From Spirochaetota bacterium (GTDB lineage: Bacteria > Spirochaetota > UBA4802 > UBA5550), in NCBI GenBank assembly GCA_963664815.2, contig CAXXHB010000003.1, positions 2,656,001 to 2,720,000 on the forward strand: a stretch of DNA of 64,000 bases, written 5' to 3'. Shown in pieces: positions 1 to 8,809 of this stretch. The first letter of the stretch is position 1. Each line of letters starts with the position of its first letter. Position numbers and translations under genes: made by a program. A model generated the notes under the pieces. The model saw only the letters and a program-made list of their open reading frames with translations, ran no database searches and was not told the DNA's origin.

Positions 1-869
1 CAACACTATCAATTGCCACAACTGACAATAAATTTACAAATTTTTATTTATCAGTAAACACTGAAAAGGTTAATTTAAATAATATTAACCTCAAAGAAGG
101 GAGAAGTGGAGGAGACAGTGGAGTTGATATTCCTATTAATATTACTGGTAAAGTTAATATAAACGAATTGCTATATAATGATCTTATCTTTAAAAACACA
201 AGAGCCAACCTGACTGCTACAGGAAAAAGCATCAAAATCAACAATATGGATACATCAATTCTCAGTGGTCACATATCAGGTATTGGAACAATAGATATAT
301 CTGAAGCAACCCCTTCAGTGCATACATCTCTTCGCTTTAACAACCTGAAGATACATGATATTAAATTTGAGAATAAAAAGCTTATTAACAGACTGTTCGG
401 ATTTGCAGAGGGTACTGCAAATCTCAACCTTCAGATAAAAGAAAATGCTGCAGAAACAATAAGGGGTAACACGACATTCACAGTTACCAAAGGTAAAGTT
501 GTAGATACAGGCGTTCAGGATGGACTTATCATTTTCCTCTCAGAGCTGAGATATAAACTTAAGGATCTTGAGTTTAATAAGATTTATGGAAATATCGATA
601 TTTCAGGGAATAATTTTACTATCAACTCATTCATCTTCAACTCGGAGGATGTAAGGCTTTCTATGAACGGCAGTATTGATAAAGATCTGATTGCAAAGAA
701 TATGGAACTCAAACTTGAGTTTAATAATCATTTTATAAAAGATGTTCCACGTCCTGCGGTAGCAGTATTTAATGAATACTCTGCAGGTAAATGGTATGTC
801 ATTCCTTTCTCACTCAACGGAAACATTACTGAAAGTAAAAATCTTAAAATACTGAAAAAAAATCAATAA
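1..869 (+). CDS. AsmA-like (beta-taco lipid-transfer superfamily) protein, C-terminal part; 5' end outside window
   Basis: The frame of ORF 168..869 stays open back to position 3. Repetitive beta-strand pattern (G.I.I.G, IPFSLNGNI) resembles AsmA C-terminal regions. Confidence 0.55.
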   Translation, partial: TLSIATTDNKFTNFYLSVNTEKVNLNNINLKEGRSGGDSGVDIPINITGKVNINELLYNDLIFKNTRANLTATGKSIKINNMDTSILSGHISGIGTIDISEATPSVHTSLRFNNLKIHDIKFENKKLINRLFGFAEGTANLNLQIKENAAETIRGNTTFTVTKGKVVDTGVQDGLIIFLSELRYKLKDLEFNKIYGNIDISGNNFTINSFIFNSEDVRLSMNGSIDKDLIAKNMELKLEFNNHFIKDVPRPAVAVFNEYSAGKWYVIPFSLNGNITESKNLKILKKNQ

Positions 870-1387
870 CGCAAATCTGCAAAATCAACCCATCCACCTG
901 CATTTACAAGTTCTTTATCAAAACCGGAAATATTAAAATTTACTGTTTCTGTCAACGTACCTGAATTAAAAACAAATTTGCTGTTTTTAAAGTCTGTTTT
1001 GACATATGTTTCTTTTCCGAAAAATTTATTGAAAACCATTTCAATTAAATCAACAGGGAGTTCAACTGCCATCATACCGCAATTATACATATTCTGGCGG
1101 AAAATCCTCGCGAAGTCGACGGCAATTACAAGGTTTATACCATTAACCTCCAGCGCCCATGGAGCATGTTCTCTTGATGAACCGCATCCGAAGTTTCCTC
1201 TGGTTACAATAACATTTGCAGCGTCAATATCTCTTTTATAATCAAATTTATCAATCTTCAAATCTTCAAGAAGATAAGGTTTCAATGCCTCTTTCGAATT
1301 TTCAGTAAGGTATTTGGCAGGAATAATCTCATCTGTATTTATATCTGACCTGTCAAGGAACAGAACTTTACCGTCAAAGCTTTTCAT
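863..1387 (-). CDS. leuD: 3-isopropylmalate dehydratase small subunit
   Basis: DINTDEIIP, NFGCGSSREHAPWAL and FARIFRQN motifs; directly downstream of leuC. Confidence 0.93.
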   Translation of the reverse strand: MKSFDGKVLFLDRSDINTDEIIPAKYLTENSKEALKPYLLEDLKIDKFDYKRDIDAANVIVTRGNFGCGSSREHAPWALEVNGINLVIAVDFARIFRQNMYNCGMMAVELPVDLIEMVFNKFFGKETYVKTDFKNSKFVFNSGTLTETVNFNISGFDKELVNAGGWVDFADLRY

Positions 1388-1399
1388 TTTATATCCACC

Positions 1400-2689
1400 C
1401 TATTTTTCATTATACAACCCGGAGTTAACTATCTTTCCTGCCACAGCCGTTGCGGCAGCCGTTGCAGGGCTCATGAGATGAACTGTACCTCCCTGCCCCA
1501 TTCTTCCATTAAAATTCCTGTTTGTCGTAGAGGCGCAAACTTCACCAGGAGCAAGAACACCGTTACTCATACCAAGACATGCACCACACGTAGGATTTGT
1601 GACACAGAATCCTGCATCCAAAAATATATCAATTATCCCTTCTTCCATAGCCATTTTAAATATTTTCGGAGTAGCAGGAGATACAATTCCTCTCACATTA
1701 TCATTTATTCTTTTCCCTTTAAGGATAGATGATGCGACTCTGAGATCCTCAATTCGTCCGTTAGTACATGAACCTATATAAACCTGATCAACCGTAGTTC
1801 CGGCCAGTTCTCTTACAGGCTTGACTTCGTCTGGTTTAAATCCATATGTAACCATGGGCTCAAGGACGTTAACATCAATATTAATGATGCTGTCGTAAGT
1901 TGCATCTACATCGGATATCCATTTTCGGTATTCATAGAGAGCATCATCTTTTGATTTGTAATCATTTTTAATGTGTTCCCACAGATATTCAACTGTTGCC
2001 ATATCAGGATAACAGACACCACTTGTACCACCGGCCTCAATTGCCATATTGCACAGAGTCATTCTGGACTCCATAGTCATTGAATCAATAGCTGGACCTG
2101 TGAACTCCATGATTTTATTCGTTGCGCCGTTTACTCCTATCTTTCCTATTATATAAAGGATAATGTCCTTTGCAAAAACTCCGCTCCTCAGTTTTCCTGT
2201 TAGATTGAACTTTATTGTTTCAGGCTTTTTAAATGTACATACTCCTTTAAGGATTCCGACTTCAAGATCAGTAGTCCCTACACCTGCAGCAAATGCGCCG
2301 AATGCACCATGAGTGCATGTATGTGAATCACCCATTATTATCGTATAACCTGGTCTGGTAAATCCTTTTTCCGGAAAGATTGCATGACATACACCATTAT
2401 TCCCTACATCAAAAAAATCTTTTATTTTATTCCGTTTTGCCCAGTCTCTTAATGTTTTGGCCTGGATTGCCGTTTTTGTATCTTTAGAGGGTGTAACATG
2501 ATCAATAACCACTTTAATTTTTAAGGGATCAAAAACCCGATCTTTACCTCGGGCTATAAGATCATTTATGGCAATCGGAGTTGTTATCTCATGGCAAAAT
2601 ACTGCATCAAGCTTCAAAACACTTATACCACCTGAAAGCTCATCAACTCTGTGTGCATCAAATATTTTTTCAGTTATGGTTTTTCCCAT
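1400..2689 (-). CDS. leuC: 3-isopropylmalate dehydratase large subunit (short LeuC/HacA-type aconitase family)
   Basis: DSHTCTHGAFG, IGSCTNGR and CGACLG (Fe-S Cys), STTNRNF.GRMG. Confidence 0.92.
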   Translation of the reverse strand: MGKTITEKIFDAHRVDELSGGISVLKLDAVFCHEITTPIAINDLIARGKDRVFDPLKIKVVIDHVTPSKDTKTAIQAKTLRDWAKRNKIKDFFDVGNNGVCHAIFPEKGFTRPGYTIIMGDSHTCTHGAFGAFAAGVGTTDLEVGILKGVCTFKKPETIKFNLTGKLRSGVFAKDIILYIIGKIGVNGATNKIMEFTGPAIDSMTMESRMTLCNMAIEAGGTSGVCYPDMATVEYLWEHIKNDYKSKDDALYEYRKWISDVDATYDSIINIDVNVLEPMVTYGFKPDEVKPVRELAGTTVDQVYIGSCTNGRIEDLRVASSILKGKRINDNVRGIVSPATPKIFKMAMEEGIIDIFLDAGFCVTNPTCGACLGMSNGVLAPGEVCASTTNRNFNGRMGQGGTVHLMSPATAAATAVAGKIVNSGLYNEK

Positions 2690-2804
2690 ATATTTATCCT
2701 CATGTATTTTTGCCGCGATTATTCTATAATGTATCTATTCATAAAACTAAATTTAATCAATGTTTATTTCTCAATATATACTTAGTATCAAATAAACAAC
2801 TATA

Positions 2805-2833
2805 TCTCTCCGCCGTAGATGTTAGTGGAGAGA
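2805..2833 (-). terminator. Hairpin downstream of clpC, possible terminator
   Basis: tctctcc/ggagaga stem about 60 nt after the clpC stop; weak U tail. Confidence 0.35.
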
Positions 2834-2893
2834 ATAGAGCTTCAATTATTATAAAAAAACAGGTAGTTTTATGTTCTTTAAAAATCAAGCTTT

Positions 2894-5365
2894 TTATACT
2901 TTAACAATTAGGTTATCTTCTTTCTTATCAATTAATTCATCAACATCATCCTGTTTAAGCGACAACAGGTGAATCTGCCCCTTTTTAAGAAAAACTTTTA
3001 TTGTAGCTCCATCTGAAATTTTATCTTTCAATATTTTTTCTGCAACACGGTCTTCGACTTCCCGTTGAATAACTCTTCTTAAATTTCTTGCACCGGTTTT
3101 CGGATCAAACCCTTTATCAATAAGATACTTCTTCACTGGCTTCTGAAGCATAAGCTCAATACCACAATGTTCCAGTTTTCTCGAGACCTCGTTAATCATG
3201 ATATCAATAATTTTTGCAAGATGCTCAATTTCAAGCTTGTTAAAAACAACAATTTCATCAACCCTGTTTAAAAATTCCGGAGAGAAACTTTTCTTTAATA
3301 CAGCATCGATTCTGTCACTGTTAAAATTTCCTCCGCTTAGTTTATTAAAACCGAGTGATCCTATATTGTCAATATAGCTGTTTCCGATATTCGAAGTCAT
3401 GATAATAACAGTATCTCTGAAACTCACAGTAATACCGGAGGAATCTGTCAGTTCTCCTTCATCAAGAACCTGTAAAAGTATATTAAATATATCAGGGTGA
3501 GCTTTTTCTATCTCATCCAGGAGTACTACAGAATAAGGTTTTCTTCTCACTTTTTCAGTTAACTGTCCACCCTCTTCATAGCCGATATATCCGGGTGGTG
3601 AACCTATAAGTCTTGAAACAGAATGCTTCTCCATAAATTCCGACATATCAAGCCTTATTAAACTTTTTTCATCACCAAAAAGAAACTCTGCCAGAGCCCT
3701 GCCGAGCTCTGTTTTACCAACACCGGTAGGGCCCAAAAAAATAAACGAGCCATTAGGTCTATCCTCACCTCCAAGGCCTATTCTTGATCTTCGGATTGAA
3801 CGACTTACTATATCTATAGCCTCTTTCTGCCCGATAACCCGTCTATTCAGAAACTCCTCCATACGAAGCAGTTTATCCGACTCGTCCTCTTCAATATTTT
3901 CAACAGGAATACCTGTCATCTCTGCAACGACTTTTGCAATAAGAGACGGCTTTACAAGAACTTCGTACTTATTTACCCTGTTCAGCCATTCTGATGTTAT
4001 TGCTTCTATTCTTTCTTTTTTCTCAGCTATAATATCCCTGATTCTTGCCGCCTGTTCATATTCCTGTGCCTGAACAAGCTCTATTTTATTTTCATTTAAA
4101 CGGGCAATTTCATTTTCAAGTTCTGAAATCTCTACAGGTTTTTCAAGATTTTCAAATCTTGCCATAGCCCCGGCCTCATCAATAATGTCTATGGCCTTAT
4201 CAGGAAAAAACCGGTCATTTACATACCTGTCAGAAAGATATACAGCCTCTTCAAGAGATTCCTCGGAAAATATAACTTTATGGTACTTTTCATAGCTTGT
4301 CTTAAGACCTTTGAGTATATTAAGGGTCTCCTCTGTATCAGGTTCATCAATAATTATATTCTGGAAACGTCTTACAAGAGCGCTGTCTTTTTCAATATAC
4401 ATTTTATATTCCGTGAGTGTCGTCGCACCGATGCACTGAAGCTCACCTCTTGCAAGCGCCGGCTTCAATATATTTGCCGCATCTATTGCCCCTTCTGCGG
4501 CCCCGGCTCCTGTGATGGCATGAATTTCATCTATGAATATAATCAGTTTTTCACGTCTGGATATTTCAGTAACAATTTTTTTCAGACGCTCTTCAAATTC
4601 ACCACGGTATTTGGTTCCGGCAACAATTGCCGACAAATCAAGAGTAAGAAGCTTATAATCATAAAGACTTTCCGGCACATCCTTATTAATAATCTTCTGT
4701 GCCAATCCTTCAACAATGGCTGTTTTCCCAACGCCTGCCTCACCGATCAGTATGGGATTATTCTTTCTTTTTCTGGAGAGTATTCTTATCACCCTTGAAA
4801 TTTCCACGTCCCTTCCTATTACAGGATCAAGCTGGCCTGCTGATGCAAGCGCCGTAAGATCGGTAGCAAACTCTTCCAGCGATGAAGTTTTTGTTTCACT
4901 TTTTGCAGGAAGTGTTTTCGGAATGGATCTGATCCCCAGAACACGAAGGATTTCTTCTTTTACTATATCATATGTTATACCACCCTTCTCAAGCTCAGAC
5001 AGTCCTCCGCACGAACCATCTTTAAAAACGGCTAATAGAATATGTTCTGTTCCAATATATGAATTTTTAAGATTTTTTGCCTCTTCTCGCGACAATTCTA
5101 TAACATTTTTAAATCCCTGATTTACCGGGATTTTACCAATTTCAACAGTATTCATTGAAGGTTTTAAGCTTCTCTCCAGAAGTAGTATTACTCTCTCAAA
5201 ATTCACCCCGAGATTTTTAAGAATTCTTGAAGCTACAGAATCATCATCCTTCAGAAGAGAAATCATTATATGTTCCGGTCCAAGTACCTCGGAGTTCATT
5301 CTCTTTCCCTCGTTCTGGGAGGAAAGTTCAATTATTTTTTTTGATTTTTTTGTAAACTCAAACAT
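2894..5365 (-). CDS. clpC: ATP-dependent Clp protease ATP-binding subunit ClpC
   Basis: Double Clp_N repeats, Walker A GEAGVGKT and GPTGVGKT, UVR coil (QEYEQAARIRD), LGF ClpP-docking loop; start overlaps the mcsB stop. Confidence 0.96.
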   Translation of the reverse strand: MFEFTKKSKKIIELSSQNEGKRMNSEVLGPEHIMISLLKDDDSVASRILKNLGVNFERVILLLERSLKPSMNTVEIGKIPVNQGFKNVIELSREEAKNLKNSYIGTEHILLAVFKDGSCGGLSELEKGGITYDIVKEEILRVLGIRSIPKTLPAKSETKTSSLEEFATDLTALASAGQLDPVIGRDVEISRVIRILSRKRKNNPILIGEAGVGKTAIVEGLAQKIINKDVPESLYDYKLLTLDLSAIVAGTKYRGEFEERLKKIVTEISRREKLIIFIDEIHAITGAGAAEGAIDAANILKPALARGELQCIGATTLTEYKMYIEKDSALVRRFQNIIIDEPDTEETLNILKGLKTSYEKYHKVIFSEESLEEAVYLSDRYVNDRFFPDKAIDIIDEAGAMARFENLEKPVEISELENEIARLNENKIELVQAQEYEQAARIRDIIAEKKERIEAITSEWLNRVNKYEVLVKPSLIAKVVAEMTGIPVENIEEDESDKLLRMEEFLNRRVIGQKEAIDIVSRSIRRSRIGLGGEDRPNGSFIFLGPTGVGKTELGRALAEFLFGDEKSLIRLDMSEFMEKHSVSRLIGSPPGYIGYEEGGQLTEKVRRKPYSVVLLDEIEKAHPDIFNILLQVLDEGELTDSSGITVSFRDTVIIMTSNIGNSYIDNIGSLGFNKLSGGNFNSDRIDAVLKKSFSPEFLNRVDEIVVFNKLEIEHLAKIIDIMINEVSRKLEHCGIELMLQKPVKKYLIDKGFDPKTGARNLRRVIQREVEDRVAEKILKDKISDGATIKVFLKKGQIHLLSLKQDDVDELIDKKEDNLIVKV

Positions 5366-6428
5366 GCACATCTCCGTTGTTTTTTAATTCATTCCTTAAA
5401 AATACTGCCCGGTAATCATCACTGTCAATAATGCTTTTAAATCTAAGCCCGAAATGCTCCTGGAGGTGAGCCCATTGAATTTTTACCATAAGATCATTTA
5501 TTGTATCTATATTATAATTTTTTATTATCGACATCACAACTCCGAGCCTTATTCGAGAAAGATGTTCAACTGCTTCCACATAATTCAGCCTCCTGGCATA
5601 AAGAAGTATTCCAAGAGATCTCCAGACGCTGTCCTCCAGTTCATTTCTTGAAACTGTAAAAAATTCATCTCTTGCATCATCTTCAAGTTTAATAATTCTG
5701 TTTATTATGTCATCGGCTGTTTCAATAAGATCAATCTCGCTCATGCCAAGATACTTTCTGTTGTTTACAAGATAAAGCCCCCCTGTCACTCTTCCAGTGT
5801 TCCCGAGTGTTCCTGATATCTGAAAACCATTATCCCGAATATAATGAATTGATTCCCCTATTCTTTTCTGTGTTGTAAGTACTGGAAGATGCAGTATTAC
5901 GGACACCTTAAGCCCTGTCCCAAGGTTTGCCGGATCAGAGGTCAAATACCCGTAATTTTCTGAAAAAGCATATTTTACAACCCTGTTTAAAGCATCATCT
6001 ATCGTATCAGCATCTTTGTATGTATCATAGAGTTGAAAACCCGGGCGGATAACCTGTATCCTGAAGTGATCTGAATCATTTACAAGAATTGTAAAATCAT
6101 CAACATTATTAATTAATACAAGACTCTTGTCAGAGTTTTCCATTTCACTTGTAATAATATTTTTCTCAAGAAGAAGACGTTTTTCATGCAGATCAAGTTC
6201 ATTTATATTAAAACAGCTTGTATTTTCACCAGTTTGAGTTTGAGAAATGAAACATTTTGTAATTCCTTTAATTGTATCAAAATCGCTTTCATTCATTGAT
6301 TCAACAAACGGTATAAATCCTATATTCCTGCCCAGTCTTATCCTCGTAGAAAGAACAATATCATTTCTCGGGCCTTTCTGTTTCCAGAAACTCTTTCTGT
6401 TATTTATTATTTCCTGTAGTCCTAACAT
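5358..6428 (-). CDS. mcsB: McsB-like protein arginine kinase (guanido phosphotransferase fold) with altered catalytic motifs
   Basis: IVLSTRIRLGRN, GYLTSDPANLGTG and SVILHLP motifs; lies between mcsA and clpC. Confidence 0.88.
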   Translation of the reverse strand: MLGLQEIINNRKSFWKQKGPRNDIVLSTRIRLGRNIGFIPFVESMNESDFDTIKGITKCFISQTQTGENTSCFNINELDLHEKRLLLEKNIITSEMENSDKSLVLINNVDDFTILVNDSDHFRIQVIRPGFQLYDTYKDADTIDDALNRVVKYAFSENYGYLTSDPANLGTGLKVSVILHLPVLTTQKRIGESIHYIRDNGFQISGTLGNTGRVTGGLYLVNNRKYLGMSEIDLIETADDIINRIIKLEDDARDEFFTVSRNELEDSVWRSLGILLYARRLNYVEAVEHLSRIRLGVVMSIIKNYNIDTINDLMVKIQWAHLQEHFGLRFKSIIDSDDYRAVFLRNELKNNGDVHV

Positions 6429-6438
6429 GCACCCTCAA

Positions 6439-6981
6439 TCACTTCTGTTTTAAAGTAAAATTAATATCTCTTATCTTATCACGTAATATAGCCGCTTCTT
6501 CATACCTCTCTTCATTTACTGCAATATCAAGCTGTGCTTTGTAATCAGTAATGTTGTCCGAAAAATGATTATTCATCATATGACTTTTTTTTGTAGAATC
6601 TGCTTCTCCATTATGTACCGGGAATTTACCAATATGACGATTATCCCCATGATAACCTGTGAGAACCGGTTCGATAAATTCTGCAAGATTATTATAGCAT
6701 TCCGGGCATCCCAACCTGCCGTCCCTTTTATAATAAAAAAAATCCGACCCGCAGAGTGAACAGATTTTTTCATTCTTATAATCCGCAACTTCATCAACAT
6801 TCAGAAATGTAAGCATCTCAGGAAGAGAAAGTGAAAAATTTGATATTTTAGTATTCAATCCAACTTCCCGTGCACAACCCTCGCAGAGATGAACCTCGGA
6901 TTTCATATCCTTAATAACTTCCGATAAATGAATTGTAGCTTCATTTTTTTTACATTTTTCACAAAACATATTTTTTACCAT
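6439..6981 (-). CDS. mcsA: McsA ClpC/McsB adaptor (start 6981 or 6969)
   Basis: CEKC, LCEGCA, CSLCG and GRLGCPECY; C-terminal UVR motif EERYEEAAILRDKI. Confidence 0.92.
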   Translation of the reverse strand: MVKNMFCEKCKKNEATIHLSEVIKDMKSEVHLCEGCAREVGLNTKISNFSLSLPEMLTFLNVDEVADYKNEKICSLCGSDFFYYKRDGRLGCPECYNNLAEFIEPVLTGYHGDNRHIGKFPVHNGEADSTKKSHMMNNHFSDNITDYKAQLDIAVNEERYEEAAILRDKIRDINFTLKQK

Positions 6982-7114
6982 TTTAACTGTTATTCTCTTT
7001 AACAGAAATAATATACTCACGTTCCTGTTAAATATTTATTTCCTGTTTACATACTATTCCTCACAGCATTTATGTAAACTATATTTTACCTGCTTTTTCT
7101 ACCAGTATGTTCTG

Positions 7115-8152
7115 TCATTCATTCGTTGAATCTTCAAACTTCTTACAGTTATCAAACAGAAAACCGCAACTGATTACCTGTAATATCACATCTTCCAATG
7201 TATATACAAAATCAGACTCATCTTTTCTATAAGAACCAGTATGCATGAGCATTATAATTCCGTGATATTGTGTACTCTTTTTTCTGATATTGTTATAATT
7301 AATTCCACTGGCCGACATACTGTTTATGCTATTGGTACCCATATTTTTTCTGAAAAGCTTAATAAACTTTTCATTACTAAGATATGCTCTTTCACCTTTG
7401 GATATCCAGTCTTTTGAATACAATGATACATCAATATGACGATAACCGAGTTTTCTGGCTGATTTAAGCATCCATGGTCTGCTTACATGACAAAGATACG
7501 GCGCTCGCCAGATTCTTGTAATCTCTCTTCCTGTTATACGCCTGTATGCATCTTCTGTTTCAGAAAGTTCATCAATCAGAAACTGTTCATTTTTATAATT
7601 ATTAAGATGATTGAATGTATGATTTCCTATAACATGTCCTTCTGCCAGAATTCTTTTTACATCTGAAGAATATCTGCATAAAAATTTTCCTGTTATAAAA
7701 AATGTAGCAGTAATCCTGTATTTTTTCAATGTTTTAAGTATGTAATCAATGTTTGCATCATCATCACCCGCATCAAAAGTAAGAAAGAAGTTTCTTTTCT
7801 TTTCAGGATATTTAAATATATTATCTTTAAAAAGGTTTGAATTTCTGCATCTAAGATCATTATTTATATAGTTTACATTTACACCTCTTTCTATTAAATA
7901 TTGCACTATTTCTTTCCTGTTAAAATAAGCTGCAATACAAATAGGAGTAGCAGACTGATCATTCTCTGAATTTATATCAGCACCCTTATCTATCAATTTT
8001 TTAACAAGAGAAAAATCTCCGGCTAAAACAGCTTCATGAAGAAGCGTATTTCCATTGATGCCCCTCTGTTTTATATTGTACGAACTGCATGAAAATAATA
8101 TCCCTGAAACGAAAAGGATCTTTACCGTGACAAATAAAACTCTCTTAATCAT
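7115..8152 (-). CDS. Putative lipoprotein with ankyrin repeats fused to a NodB/CE4 polysaccharide deacetylase
   Basis: Lipobox-like ILFSC; ankyrin GNTLLHEAV..GADIN and TPICIAA..GVNVN; CE4 motifs LTFDAG, GNHTFNH, WRAPY, MLMH. Start set at the Met after a GAGGA RBS. Confidence 0.8.
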   Translation of the reverse strand: MIKRVLFVTVKILFVSGILFSCSSYNIKQRGINGNTLLHEAVLAGDFSLVKKLIDKGADINSENDQSATPICIAAYFNRKEIVQYLIERGVNVNYINNDLRCRNSNLFKDNIFKYPEKKRNFFLTFDAGDDDANIDYILKTLKKYRITATFFITGKFLCRYSSDVKRILAEGHVIGNHTFNHLNNYKNEQFLIDELSETEDAYRRITGREITRIWRAPYLCHVSRPWMLKSARKLGYRHIDVSLYSKDWISKGERAYLSNEKFIKLFRKNMGTNSINSMSASGINYNNIRKKSTQYHGIIMLMHTGSYRKDESDFVYTLEDVILQVISCGFLFDNCKKFEDSTNE

Positions 8153-8238
8153 TGCCGCTATAAATTCCTCATTTTTATCAGGATATTGCATTTTAAAATC
8201 ATACATATTTATTAACCAGCTTAATCGGCCAGATTTCA

Positions 8239-8277
8239 TTCTAATTTTCAGATGATCTCATCATCTGAAAATTAGAA
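8239..8277. repeat. Perfect 18-bp inverted repeat with 3-nt loop
   Basis: ttctaattttcagatgat-ctc-atcatctgaaaattagaa. Confidence 0.9.
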
Positions 8278-8453
8278 GTTGATAAGATGTTATCCCATAG
8301 TCACATAAACTGTAATAACATCCTTATTATCATTATCGGCATAAATATTTCACGATTATTCTTTTAATAATCATTTATACAGTTTATTCAAAACGAAAAA
8401 AAATTGACATAACCCATTGAAAAAAGAATATGTTCCGATGCTGGAGAAAAAAC

Positions 8454-8765
8454 ATGGATAATTATACTGACCCGATTATAATAGATGAGAAACAATGTAA
8501 CGGATGTATGAGGTGTACTTTTATCTGTTCAATGGGAGTAATTGAAATACGGGAGAAATCTGACAACAATAAAGGAAAAACTGCTTTTGTTTCCAAGCCT
8601 GAATACTGCATGTACTGCGAAGCATGTGTAATTGACTGTAAAAACGGGGCTATAAGGCTTAATCCTCATTCTGGAAGTTTAAATATAGAAAAAATATCAG
8701 ACAGGCTGATTAAAAATAAGAAAAGCAGATTTAAACTATTCAGAAAAAAAGAATTAGAAAAATGA
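8454..8765 (+). CDS. 2x[4Fe-4S] ferredoxin-family protein with basic C-terminal tail
   Basis: CNGCMRCTFIC and CMYCEACVIDC motifs. Confidence 0.88.
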   Translation: MDNYTDPIIIDEKQCNGCMRCTFICSMGVIEIREKSDNNKGKTAFVSKPEYCMYCEACVIDCKNGAIRLNPHSGSLNIEKISDRLIKNKKSRFKLFRKKELEK

Positions 8766-8809
8766 ATGCTTCAATCCTGATTAATCATGTTTTGTGGTGT
8801 TACCGACTC

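Noticed and set aside
8333-8340. Sigma28 -10 box GCCGATAA on the minus strand (a second one at 35778-35785)
   Set aside because: No TAAA at 15-nt spacing, and an 8-mer of this composition is expected about once by chance in this window
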